A stretch of DNA of 64,000 nt from an uncultured Candidatus Poseidoniales archaeon (GTDB lineage: Archaea > Thermoplasmatota > Poseidoniia > Poseidoniales > Thalassarchaeaceae), in contig CAZYIX010000003.1 of NCBI GenBank assembly GCA_964647665.1, positions 10,742 through 74,741 on the forward strand, read 5' to 3'. Shown one piece after another: positions 45,187 through 54,002 of the stretch. The position numbers were made by a program, and so were the translations under genes. The notes under the pieces are model-generated. The model worked only from the letters and a program-made list of their open reading frames with translations, had not been told where the DNA came from and ran no database searches. How positions within the stretch are numbered: the first letter of the stretch is position 1; each line of letters begins with the position of its first letter.

Positions 45187-46920
45187 ATGACTGCTGCAGA
45201 ACTCAAGGACGAGGCGCGGAGCCGAGGACTTGCTGTTGGTGGCAACAAGGCTAAACTCATCGAGAGGCTTGCTGAGTACGATGCTTCATCGACAATCTCC
45301 GCTGAGATTGGAGGCGGTGAGGAAAATGAAGGATTGCTCAGCAGAATCCAGCAGCGCGCTCCTTGGGCAACAATTCCAGCGATTGCAGTCGTTGCAATTC
45401 TGGTCGTAGCCACTGGCACGACTGCCTTCATCTTCGCTGAGGACTTTATCGATTGGGTATCTGGTGGCATCGACTACGAACTCATCGAATTCGACCCAGA
45501 CCAAGCGCGAGGATTCGCGGAGGGTTTGGTCGCTCTAGGCCATCCAGAGTGGGATGGTCGGATGTCTGGCTCAATTGAGGAAAGGAATACCGCGGAGTCA
45601 AATAAGGCTAATTTCACTTCTTTCGGAATGTCGACCACAATGGATTCATTCGCTGTTTCAATGTTTGAAATTACTAGTGCGCCGACCCTATCCATTTGTT
45701 CGCCCGGGAACCTAAACGCAGTCGCACCATGCAGTGATCCCGATATGATTTTTGGCGCATCCATCGAGGAGTTCCAACACCGCATCGACTTCGTCATTCA
45801 GGGTTATAGCGGCAGCAACGATATCCGCTACTCCGACAGAATGCCGGTGACTGACCTTGGCAACGGCTCTGATGTATCGGCGTGGGAAAATGCGTCTGGA
45901 ACCGTAGGACTGGTTTGGGGCCAAGCCGGTGTTGCCAGCAATACGGAATTATTCCTGCAGGCACAAACCAACGACCTATTCGCACTAATCCTCGTCGCGG
46001 TCGCCAAGGACCCAGACAACCCCCCGGGCAACTGCAAGATTCCGGGGGAGAATCGCTGTGTGCCCTACTTCAAGTCGGTCGATATCAGTCAATTTGAGAC
46101 CGTCCCAGAGGGAGTTCCCTTCATGATGGTCAGTGATGAGGTCGGCGAGAAGATTCGTGACCGTGTCGTCTCAGGCAGCGACCTGATTCAGATTTACACC
46201 GATGTGGACAATCAAGGTCAGCGTGAAGTCTATGTTCCGTGCGGAGTGATTCCGGGCCAGACTGAGAAGTTGATCATCTTCGGTGCCCATCATGATACAG
46301 TATACAACGGTCCTGGCGCAATTGACGATACCTCTGGAAGTGCTACCGTGCTTGAACTCGCTCGCCAATTTGCTTTGATGACCGAAAGTCGTGGCGAACC
46401 CTACTACACGCTGAAGTTCTGCACTTGGGGCGGTGAGGAAGAAGGTCTGCATGGCTCGAAAGCATATGTCAACATGTACAGGGATGAGTTGAGAGAGTAC
46501 CTCCGTCTATACGTCAATCTCGACATGAATCATGTCGATATCGACCACGCTACCCGCGGCAACGACATCTACCTATTTGGCAACGATGCGCGTGACACCG
46601 ATGAGATTCGTGATATTGTCAGCCTGTTCAATGAGAAGAATCCGAGTGGACTCGCTTCCACCTACGACATCCACATCTCGACAAAGGATGGGGAGAAGAA
46701 CAGTCCAACCGGCATGCCATACAACTCGGACCATGGGCCGTTCGTCTATGATATCCAAGAGGCAGAGGGCGGTGACCCGGGCAGAGCACTAGTTTGCTAC
46801 GGCACTGGTTCTTGGGAATACCACACCTACAAGGATGACATGAGTCACTTCAACGCGGAAAGTCTGGCGGTCTCCGGTATCATCTACGGCACTTATGCCG
46901 CTGGCCTGTCTTGGGGCTGA
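45187..46920 (+). CDS. M28-family metallo-aminopeptidase with N-terminal SAP-like motif and one TM helix
   Basis: TAAELKDEARSRGLAVGGNKAKLIERLAEY (SAP/Rho_N-like helix-extended-helix). TM PWATIPAIAVVAILVVATGTTAFIF. M28 motifs GAHHDTVYNGPGAIDDTSGSA, WGGEEEGLHGS, and NLDM. Confidence 0.8.
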   Translation: MTAAELKDEARSRGLAVGGNKAKLIERLAEYDASSTISAEIGGGEENEGLLSRIQQRAPWATIPAIAVVAILVVATGTTAFIFAEDFIDWVSGGIDYELIEFDPDQARGFAEGLVALGHPEWDGRMSGSIEERNTAESNKANFTSFGMSTTMDSFAVSMFEITSAPTLSICSPGNLNAVAPCSDPDMIFGASIEEFQHRIDFVIQGYSGSNDIRYSDRMPVTDLGNGSDVSAWENASGTVGLVWGQAGVASNTELFLQAQTNDLFALILVAVAKDPDNPPGNCKIPGENRCVPYFKSVDISQFETVPEGVPFMMVSDEVGEKIRDRVVSGSDLIQIYTDVDNQGQREVYVPCGVIPGQTEKLIIFGAHHDTVYNGPGAIDDTSGSATVLELARQFALMTESRGEPYYTLKFCTWGGEEEGLHGSKAYVNMYRDELREYLRLYVNLDMNHVDIDHATRGNDIYLFGNDARDTDEIRDIVSLFNEKNPSGLASTYDIHISTKDGEKNSPTGMPYNSDHGPFVYDIQEAEGGDPGRALVCYGTGSWEYHTYKDDMSHFNAESLAVSGIIYGTYAAGLSWG

Positions 46921-46965
46921 AACCGCTTCCGCAACGGTCATGTGCAAATGGTCCGAGGTGCGGGT

Positions 46966-47265
46966 ATGGCAATTCGGCGCGCTCATGCGAGTCACATTCT
47001 CGTGAGGGCTAAGTCGGACGCCGTTCGGCTATTGTCTGAGATTCAGGAAGCCCGTAAGCCGCTGAAGGCATTTCAGAAGGCTGCCAAAAAGCACTCAACG
47101 TGTCCAAGCGGCTCGAGTGGAGGTGACCTCGGCTGGTTCCAAGAGAGGCAGATGGTACCTGCGTTCAGCGCAGCGTGCTTTGAGCAGCCGGTAAACGACT
47201 GTGACCGATTCATCAAGACCGAGTTCGGATACCACCTAATCTGGGTGCATGAGCGCGACGACTGA
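46966..47265 (+). CDS. parvulin-type peptidyl-prolyl cis-trans isomerase
   Basis: HASHILV...C.SGSSGGDLGWF..GQMVPAF....F...........T.FGYHLIWV parvulin signature. Earlier in-frame starts at 46942 and 46948. Confidence 0.8.
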   Translation: MAIRRAHASHILVRAKSDAVRLLSEIQEARKPLKAFQKAAKKHSTCPSGSSGGDLGWFQERQMVPAFSAACFEQPVNDCDRFIKTEFGYHLIWVHERDD

Positions 47266-47274
47266 GGTGTGCGA

Positions 47275-47628
47275 ATGGCTACCGTCGTCGCTGTTGAAGG
47301 CTATCGAGTGGAAGGCCCGCATGGGGTGTTTGACTGGGAGCGCGAGGCTCCGCAGACATTCGTTGTCTCTGTTTGGGCCACCCTTGCTGCTGATGCGAGT
47401 GAAGATGAACTCGCAACCAGCATTGATTATGGAACACTGCAGAGAGCAGTGTATTCGGTGATTTCCGAAGGAGATTCTGTCAGGATGATGGAAACTCTCT
47501 GCGAGAAGATATCGGCGCTTATTCGAGTAGAGGCTAATCTTGCCTCATTGAGAATACGAATCGAGAAGCCGGACGCACCGATGCCCTACGAAGGCGGACT
47601 TGCAGTGGTCGAGGTCTGTTGGCCGTAA
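47275..47628 (+). CDS. folB: dihydroneopterin aldolase-like (FolB family)
   Basis: Typical length. G.HGV..WER...Q.F.V.V......A..SD.L..S.DYG-like pattern (GPHGVFDWEREAPQTFVVSVWA...DELATSIDYGTL). Confidence 0.65.
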   Translation: MATVVAVEGYRVEGPHGVFDWEREAPQTFVVSVWATLAADASEDELATSIDYGTLQRAVYSVISEGDSVRMMETLCEKISALIRVEANLASLRIRIEKPDAPMPYEGGLAVVEVCWP

Positions 47629-48093
47629 TCAGGCACTCAGAGCTTCGAGTACCGCACTGTAATCGGGCTGCTCCCCGGGACTATCTGCAACCCACTTCCA
47701 CATCACATCACCGTTCTCGTCGACGATGAAAACCGCCCGTTGGCTCGCTGTATATCCAGCCATACTGGCGAAATCGTCCAAAGCAACACCGTAAGCGTTG
47801 ACCGTGCTGCGCGTGTAGTCTGATAGGATAGGGAATTCGACACCGTTTGCCTCAGCAAATGCAGCATTGGCGAACGGAGCATCAACACTGATTGCTAGCA
47901 CCGTTGCATTTGCGTCATTCAACCTTGCAAGTGAGTCCTGAAAAGTACACAATTCGGTCTTGCATACCCCGGTGAAAGCAGCGGGGAAAAACGCCAGAAC
48001 CACTCGCTGCCCGCGAAACTCAGAACCGGTCACTATGTTGCGCTCTCCATCGTGTAGAGCAAAATCAGGTGCGTCATCTCCGACTTCTACCAT
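47629..48093 (-). CDS. peroxiredoxin (AhpC/TSA family, Bcp/AhpE-like 1-Cys/atypical 2-Cys)
   Basis: VGDDAPDF...VVLAFFPAAFTGVCKTELC peroxidatic Cys motif. Confidence 0.8.
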   Translation of the reverse strand: MVEVGDDAPDFALHDGERNIVTGSEFRGQRVVLAFFPAAFTGVCKTELCTFQDSLARLNDANATVLAISVDAPFANAAFAEANGVEFPILSDYTRSTVNAYGVALDDFASMAGYTASQRAVFIVDENGDVMWKWVADSPGEQPDYSAVLEALSA

Positions 48094-48152
48094 ATGACAC
48101 TGCATCAGCAGCGCCCATATGAACGTGCGTCCTTTGCATCGAGGCGAGACCT

Positions 48153-48479
48153 ATGCGATTCGACGAGAATTGGCGTGATGCTTGGGATGCACAATGCGGA
48201 CTGCTAATCTTCTCTGGCCGCGACTGCCTCAACTGCATAGAATTGGCTGCTCATTTGCAGGATACGCAGCCTACTGACCTAAATCTTCCAAATGCAATGG
48301 TCACTTCATGGTTGGAGAGGGAATCATCAGAAGCGGCTGCTTTCCGCTCACTGCATCCCGGTATTGTCGCTGCAATCGACGTGTTGCCATTCGCAATATT
48401 CACCTCAAATGGAGTCCCTACGACGTCGGTTCGCGCGGCTACTGTTGAACGGCTTACCGCTGCAGCCAATAATCTCTGA
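48153..48479 (+). CDS. thioredoxin-fold-like small protein with CxxC
   Basis: LLIFSGRDCLNCIELAAHL resembles a thioredoxin-type CxxC placement. Divergent from the peroxiredoxin gene. Confidence 0.35.
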   Translation: MRFDENWRDAWDAQCGLLIFSGRDCLNCIELAAHLQDTQPTDLNLPNAMVTSWLERESSEAAAFRSLHPGIVAAIDVLPFAIFTSNGVPTTSVRAATVERLTAAANNL

Positions 48480-48543
48480 AACCCCAAATATCACCTAATC
48501 TCAAGGCGGTGGATTCATTCGCCACGGGTTGGCTGGTGGTATC

Positions 48544-49101
48544 ATGGCAGAGGGTAAGCAGAACGTGTATGTTCCCTCGGTCAGCAATGGAGGGTCTGAG
48601 AAAACCGTCCTTGGGATATTCAACAAAGAGGAAGATGCATGGGACGTAATGCGTGGATTCCTGTCGAAAGCCGCAACCACAGATGCGATAACTGGAGCAA
48701 TCACCGTCTGGGAGATGGATTTCGTCGGTGAGGATGCACACGTCGACCTAGCCACCTTTGACCGCAACGCCTGCCCAGTATGTCGTGAAATCACATTCTG
48801 GATTGAGGGTGATATGGAGAAGGCACGGTGCTACAATTCTCGTTGTGGAGCGTGGATTGAGGAGAATGCCTACGAAGTGGGTAGATGGGATTGCGGTTGG
48901 CCAGCAGCACAGTGGGACAAGCGTGCTGACAGTTACGAACAAGCGCGTAGAAGGTTGGTCGAGATGCGAGGTAAGAGCGTGGCGGCTGGCCACAATCTCG
49001 ACATGGCTCCACGTGAAGATTGGATGGCCGGCAGAGAAGCCGAACGCCGCGATATTAGAGCGAAGAATGTCGAAAATATCCTAGATGAGATGATGGAATG
49101 A
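48544..49101 (+). CDS. hypothetical protein with central zinc-ribbon (CPVC...CYNSRC)
   Basis: ATG at 48544. CPVCREITFW...ARCYNSRCGAW four-Cys knuckle pair. Charged helical C-terminus. Confidence 0.4.
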   Translation: MAEGKQNVYVPSVSNGGSEKTVLGIFNKEEDAWDVMRGFLSKAATTDAITGAITVWEMDFVGEDAHVDLATFDRNACPVCREITFWIEGDMEKARCYNSRCGAWIEENAYEVGRWDCGWPAAQWDKRADSYEQARRRLVEMRGKSVAAGHNLDMAPREDWMAGREAERRDIRAKNVENILDEMME

Positions 49102-50114
49102 AAATCGCAACGGGTTTTGTTCTGCTGATTCTCGTCGCCGCCTCCCTGTCAGGATGCCTGGGTAATGACCTGTCCGTCGACGAGGAGGAGGTAGTATGCG
49201 ATGAGCAACAATACTGGCAGCAGGTTTCTGCAGAATCGCCATATCCGGGCCTCGATTGTGATGTTGCAGGCCCCACGAAGACGCTCGCAGTGAATTTCTT
49301 CGTCTACAAGAACAAGAATGGCGATGATTGGCTAGCCAATGAAACCACACTGGACACGGGCCTTGAACTCATCAACAGCGTGTACAATCCATCTGGTATC
49401 CACTTCGCCCTCGCCAATATCGTGTATGTTGACATGATTTTTCCAAATGTGACCGATGAGTATCAGTCCGAACGCATCGATAACCGTACAAATGACAGTC
49501 AGGCCGGTGATGGTGACAACGTCGCCATCGGGCAATTAGGTGATGGATTCATCGATGGGTACGAGCCAACCATGGTCAACATCGTGCTGATGTCGGATGG
49601 ATGGGGTGCGTACAGCCAATATCCATGGCACTTGCGCGACCATTACGTCAACTTCGTGCGCGCAGCAACCTTCGCCACCAGTTACATTCCGAGCCATGAA
49701 CTCGGTCATTTCCTCGGCTTGTACCACACCCATCAGTTCTACGACAGTCTCGGCTCGGACTCCGACATTGACCGCGCATCATCGACATGGGCTGATGACT
49801 GGGTCATACCAGACGAACTGTGTTTCCGCACGGGGGACTTCATCTGTGGAACTCCCTATGATTGCTACCGCTGGTGCGAGGAAGTGATTGCCTGCAATGC
49901 CAGCGATCTGTATGAGGGTGAGAAGCCCGGCCAACAGGAAAGCGAAGCCCCACAGTGTACCGAGGAGCAGCACAACCCATCTCTAACTAATCTGATGAGC
50001 CGGTATGGCGACCGTAGCGAAATCACCGATGACCAAGGTGCGCGCGCACGCTACTTCGTCCAATTCATGATTGATAACGACCGAAATGGCAACCATCTCG
50101 TACTCTACGAGTGA
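49098..50114 (+). CDS. secreted zinc metalloprotease lipoprotein (metzincin, M43/pappalysin-like)
   Basis: Lipobox-like LVAASLSGCLG. HELGHFLGLYHTH extended zincin motif. ATGA overlap with the upstream gene. Confidence 0.75.
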   Translation: MKIATGFVLLILVAASLSGCLGNDLSVDEEEVVCDEQQYWQQVSAESPYPGLDCDVAGPTKTLAVNFFVYKNKNGDDWLANETTLDTGLELINSVYNPSGIHFALANIVYVDMIFPNVTDEYQSERIDNRTNDSQAGDGDNVAIGQLGDGFIDGYEPTMVNIVLMSDGWGAYSQYPWHLRDHYVNFVRAATFATSYIPSHELGHFLGLYHTHQFYDSLGSDSDIDRASSTWADDWVIPDELCFRTGDFICGTPYDCYRWCEEVIACNASDLYEGEKPGQQESEAPQCTEEQHNPSLTNLMSRYGDRSEITDDQGARARYFVQFMIDNDRNGNHLVLYE

Positions 50115-50150
50115 GGGGTACCCATGCAACTTTCTTCAAGAGTTCAAAAC

Positions 50151-50405
50151 CTAGAGAAATGCCAAGAACGACAGGCCAACTATTGCTGGAATAGTGACTG
50201 CAATTAAAATAGGGCCATATATATCCCGCAACTTATTATATTTCTTAGTAATTTCCTCTACCTCAGCCTCTAACTCTGCAATGGCTTCTGCAGGATTTTC
50301 AATCCTCCATTGTTCCTTTGCCTTCTTCGCGTCCGCCTCGGCTTTGACCCTAGCCCTCGCAGCCGCCGCGTGGACTTCATCAGCTCCAGCTCCTCGCCTG
50401 TCCAC
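50151..50405 (-). CDS. small coiled-coil protein with C-terminal TM anchor
   Basis: 84-aa ORF. A/E/K-rich helix followed by ILIAVTIPAIVGLSFLAFL. TATA-like AAAATAATAT sits about 25-32 nt upstream of the ATG. Confidence 0.45.
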   Translation of the reverse strand: MDRRGAGADEVHAAAARARVKAEADAKKAKEQWRIENPAEAIAELEAEVEEITKKYNKLRDIYGPILIAVTIPAIVGLSFLAFL

Positions 50406-50471
50406 GATTGCAGAGAGGGGTCAGGATTGATATTATTTTTGGAAGTATCAACGAACCAACTCGGATGTGTT

Positions 50472-50580
50472 GAGAGGGGTCACCCGATTGCCCTCTGTAT
50501 TTTCTAAAGCAGTAGAGTGGGCTTTCAGTGGGTCAGTTGCATCGCTACCCTCGTTATACCCGTCTATGCAGAGGGGGACC
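50472..50580. repeat. copy A of an imperfect ~110-nt direct repeat (3' flank of the DUF1801 gene)
   Basis: Shares the exact 14-mer TTCAGTGGGTCAGT (50524-50537) and flanking blocks (GGGxTCAxCCGA..CCCTCxGTATT, GCTACC, CTCGTxAxxACC) with copy B. Confidence 0.6.
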
Positions 50581-50595
50581 CATGTATCTGAATAA

Positions 50596-51036
50596 TCAAT
50601 GATACTGTTTTTGATACAAACTGACCCATTCTTGAACTGACATCTTTGAACACAATTCGCCTATCAATTCATATGGAATTTTGGATGGATTCTTGAAGCG
50701 AATGCAACTCTTGCCCATGTCAAGTTTAGTCTTGCAGTGATTGGGATACTCTTGGGTGAACCATTCCAATAGTTTAGGACTCGCATAGATGCCCATGTGA
50801 TAGAAACCGATATGCCGCTTTTGTGAAGCAATGCTCAGAAACGGTAGTGGTAATTGCGGGTCGACATGATAACCATCTGGAAAGATTGAATGAGGTACAA
50901 CCCAACTTGGCATATTGTAGTTCATCGCTTCTTCAAAACCATCTGGTAGACTTGAATGAATAACTTCCCTAAGTTTCTCCATGGTGTCCTTCCTATCTGC
51001 TGAAAGGTGACTGAAATATTCATCAAAGGCTTCCAC
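50596..51036 (-). CDS. DUF1801 (YdhG-like) domain protein
   Basis: FDEYFSHLSADRKDTMEKLREVI...LPDGFEE...YNMPSW is typical of the DUF1801 N-terminus. The gene is visibly AT-richer than its neighbours. Confidence 0.65.
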   Translation of the reverse strand: MEAFDEYFSHLSADRKDTMEKLREVIHSSLPDGFEEAMNYNMPSWVVPHSIFPDGYHVDPQLPLPFLSIASQKRHIGFYHMGIYASPKLLEWFTQEYPNHCKTKLDMGKSCIRFKNPSKIPYELIGELCSKMSVQEWVSLYQKQYH

Positions 51037-51093
51037 ATTTCACCCTAGAGGTCATATGATATAATCTGTGAACTAAACAAATACCTAGATTGT

Positions 51094-51203
51094 AAAGGGT
51101 TCATCCGAAACCCCTCAGTATTCGTCACAGCGATACAAAGGGATTCAGTGGGTCAGTACCGAGGCTACCGTTCCAACACTCGTCAATACCAATTCAGGGG
51201 TCA
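51094..51203. repeat. copy B of the imperfect ~110-nt direct repeat (3' flank of the quinone oxidoreductase gene)
   Basis: Exact 14-mer TTCAGTGGGTCAGT at 51144-51157. Collinear similarity to 50472-50580, roughly two thirds identical by eye. Confidence 0.6.
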
Positions 51204-52241
51204 TCTGCTTTGAGGCGAGAAATCGAGTAGCACCTTACCGCGATTCTTGCGGTCGTGAATATACTGCTGAGCGGCTGCCACTTCCTCAAACCGAAACACC
51301 TTGTCGACCACAGGAGAGATTCGCCCGTCCTCAAGCATCTCCACCAACGAGGATACCTGATTCTTCAATACTGCCTCGTCCTTCCAAGTCCCCATGTGGA
51401 CTCCGAAGACTGCCTTGTTGGAACTCATCATTTTGAACGGATTGAACTTCGGAGTGGTCAGCACCATTCGCAGAGCCGTCACTATCGAGCGTTTGCTGCC
51501 TTTTACCGCGGCGGAACCGCCGAACGCGTACAACCGCCCACCCGAGCGGAGAGCCTTGTATGAGCGCATCATGTGTTTGCCTCCTACTGGGTCAAGAGCG
51601 TGGTGAACTCCTAATCCATCGGTCTCACGCTTACACACCTCAACGAAGTCCTCGCTCTCCCTGTCGATGAAGCGCATTCCGAGCGAGCGAACGAAATCCG
51701 CTTTGGTGGCTGAGGCAGTTCCGAACACCTTGGAGGCCCCAAGCGCCTTGGCTAGTTGAGCGGTTGCAGTTCCAACCCCTCCGGCGGCGTGGTGAACAAG
51801 AATCGAGTCACCCTGCTGGAAATTCCCTAGATAGGTCAGCATGTGGTGTGCGGTCAGGTAGGTGACAGGAAGTGCTGCTGCGGCGTCAAACGAGATTGAA
51901 TCAGGCAATCTGAAACAACGCTCGGCAGGGGTAGTAATCTGCTCCGAATATCCACCCATTCCACACAATGAGACTACACGGTCGCCCACAGACATTCCAG
52001 TTCCCTCGGTATTTGCCCCGAGTTCCTTGACCACTCCCGAGATTTCGTAACCCGGTGTGAAGGGGAAAGGTGGAACCGGCGAGTAGAGCCCCTGACGCAT
52101 CATCAGGTCAGCGAAGTTGATTCCGGCTCGGTGAACCTCGACCAGAACCTCGCCTGCTGCGGGACTAGGTGTGGGTGATTCCGCGATGTCAATCGCATCC
52201 ATACCGCCTCGCTTCGTGTATGTGACTCGACGCATGCTCAA
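51201..52241 (-). CDS. NADPH:quinone oxidoreductase / zeta-crystallin-like medium-chain dehydrogenase
   Basis: GINFADLMMRQGLY, VLVHHAAGGVGTAT (AxxGxxG), and C-terminal GKVLL. Confidence 0.85.
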   Translation of the reverse strand: MSMRRVTYTKRGGMDAIDIAESPTPSPAAGEVLVEVHRAGINFADLMMRQGLYSPVPPFPFTPGYEISGVVKELGANTEGTGMSVGDRVVSLCGMGGYSEQITTPAERCFRLPDSISFDAAAALPVTYLTAHHMLTYLGNFQQGDSILVHHAAGGVGTATAQLAKALGASKVFGTASATKADFVRSLGMRFIDRESEDFVEVCKRETDGLGVHHALDPVGGKHMMRSYKALRSGGRLYAFGGSAAVKGSKRSIVTALRMVLTTPKFNPFKMMSSNKAVFGVHMGTWKDEAVLKNQVSSLVEMLEDGRISPVVDKVFRFEEVAAAQQYIHDRKNRGKVLLDFSPQSR

Positions 52242-52261
52242 TCCTCAATTTCTTTCGCAAA

Positions 52262-53995
52262 TCACATTTCTTCGATTGGATTGATGCCAACCGCTTCGCA
52301 GCCGCGTCGCAAATGCTCGCGGGCGAGATTATTGAGCAGCAAATTTCGGGTGTTTACTCCATCGTCAGTAATGACGTGATTCTCACGGTAGAAGCGGTTG
52401 TAGTCGGACGCTAGTCCAGAGAGCCAGGCACAGAACAGGTTTGGTCGAGCCAGATTAACTGAGGCGTGCAACTCGTCCTGCATCTTCGCCATCCGACGAA
52501 TCAACGCGATGGCAGTATCGTCAAGTTCGCTATCAGCAATTGAATCAGGCAGATCTTGCTCACCGGCTTTGCGCGAAATCGAACATGCTCGTGCGTGACT
52601 GTACATGATGAATGGCGCACTATCACCCTCGAGACTCAATGCCTCCTCCCAACGGAAAGTGATGCCCTTTTCGGGAGAGATGCGGGCGATGTTGAAGCGA
52701 GTCGCCGATACACCAACCGCCTCGGCAATATCAGCGAGTGCATCATCACCGAGGTCTGAGCGATTACCTCGAACGATTTCGAGAGCGCGGGCGCTTGCCT
52801 CATCGAGCAGGTCATCCATGAATACCACGTTGCCGCGCCGAGTGCTCATCTTACCGTCAGCGAGTTTGGTGAAGGCGTAGAACACCACTTCTGGAACTTG
52901 AAGGGCCAATTCTTCTAGGGCAATGCAGACTTGCTGTGACTGCAGTTTGTGGTCCTCACCCAAAATGTTCAGCAAACGGTCACTCTGAGACCATTTCCAC
53001 TGATGATAAGCAATGTCCCGGGTCGCATACAGGCTTGAGCCGTCTCCTCGGCGATAGTAGAATCTGGTCGACTTGCCTGCGACGCCCTTTGATTCCAATT
53101 CAAGGTAATATGCGCCGTTTTCAGCCACATCGTGCAACTCACTATCTTGCAAACTCTGCATGATTACGTCGACGCTGCCATCGACAATGAATCTGGATTC
53201 CTTGGTGAATGAGTCAAACGAAATCCCCATCCGTGCTAGTGTCTCCAACATGCCGTCGAGTACTGGCTGATATGCAGCATCAAAGCGATTGAGAACGTCT
53301 TCATCAGCCTCCTCGGAGAGTTGAACCAGTTCTGTCACCCCAGAGTCAACCGACTCATCCTGTGCTCTGAGCAGATTTGCCGCCTGATACCAACGTACGC
53401 GGGTATGGTCAGGTTTGTCGGCGTGCGGTCCCGGATCTGAATCAAGATCAGCCTCTGCCAATAGTTCTGCAACTTGCTGCTCTGAGAGATTCTCTAGAGC
53501 CCAGCATAGGATTCCAACCTGTTTACCCATGTCATCGACGTAATACTCCGCAGTTACATCGTAACCGGCCGCTCGGTGCATCCTGACCAAGGTGTCGCCG
53601 AGAACTGCGTTCCGAGCGCGGCCGACGTGGAATGGCCCATTCGGATTGGCAGAAGTATGTTCGATGAAAATGCCGGCCATTTTCTCTGGTGCTTCCGGAG
53701 AGAGCAGGCGCGAGGCCAACCAGCCAATATCAGCTCTGATGTTCAGATATCCACCGCTGGCAGTCACTTCGCTGATTGCTGGCGAAGAAGTGTCCATCGC
53801 TGCTGCAATTCTGCTGGCGATTTCATCCGGTGCCTCACCCAATTGTTTTGCGAAGGGGAAACAGGGCAATGCGAGGTCGCCTTGGCTTGCATCCCGCGAT
53901 TTTCCGAGCATTGAGTGCCAGAAATCTCCCTTTATTCCAGCCTCAGCCATAGCGGCAGCAAGCGCGGGCATCACCTCGACTACAAGTGCCTTCAT
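52262..53995 (-). CDS. argS: arginine--tRNA ligase
   Basis: HTSANPNGPFHVGRARNAVLGD (HIGH region), MSTRRG (KMSK-like), and DALR anticodon-binding C-terminus. The start at 53995 avoids overlap with the aRF1 stop; the ORF track extends to 54043. Confidence 0.9.
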   Translation of the reverse strand: MKALVVEVMPALAAAMAEAGIKGDFWHSMLGKSRDASQGDLALPCFPFAKQLGEAPDEIASRIAAAMDTSSPAISEVTASGGYLNIRADIGWLASRLLSPEAPEKMAGIFIEHTSANPNGPFHVGRARNAVLGDTLVRMHRAAGYDVTAEYYVDDMGKQVGILCWALENLSEQQVAELLAEADLDSDPGPHADKPDHTRVRWYQAANLLRAQDESVDSGVTELVQLSEEADEDVLNRFDAAYQPVLDGMLETLARMGISFDSFTKESRFIVDGSVDVIMQSLQDSELHDVAENGAYYLELESKGVAGKSTRFYYRRGDGSSLYATRDIAYHQWKWSQSDRLLNILGEDHKLQSQQVCIALEELALQVPEVVFYAFTKLADGKMSTRRGNVVFMDDLLDEASARALEIVRGNRSDLGDDALADIAEAVGVSATRFNIARISPEKGITFRWEEALSLEGDSAPFIMYSHARACSISRKAGEQDLPDSIADSELDDTAIALIRRMAKMQDELHASVNLARPNLFCAWLSGLASDYNRFYRENHVITDDGVNTRNLLLNNLAREHLRRGCEAVGINPIEEM

Positions 53996-54002
53996 CTGAA
54001 CA

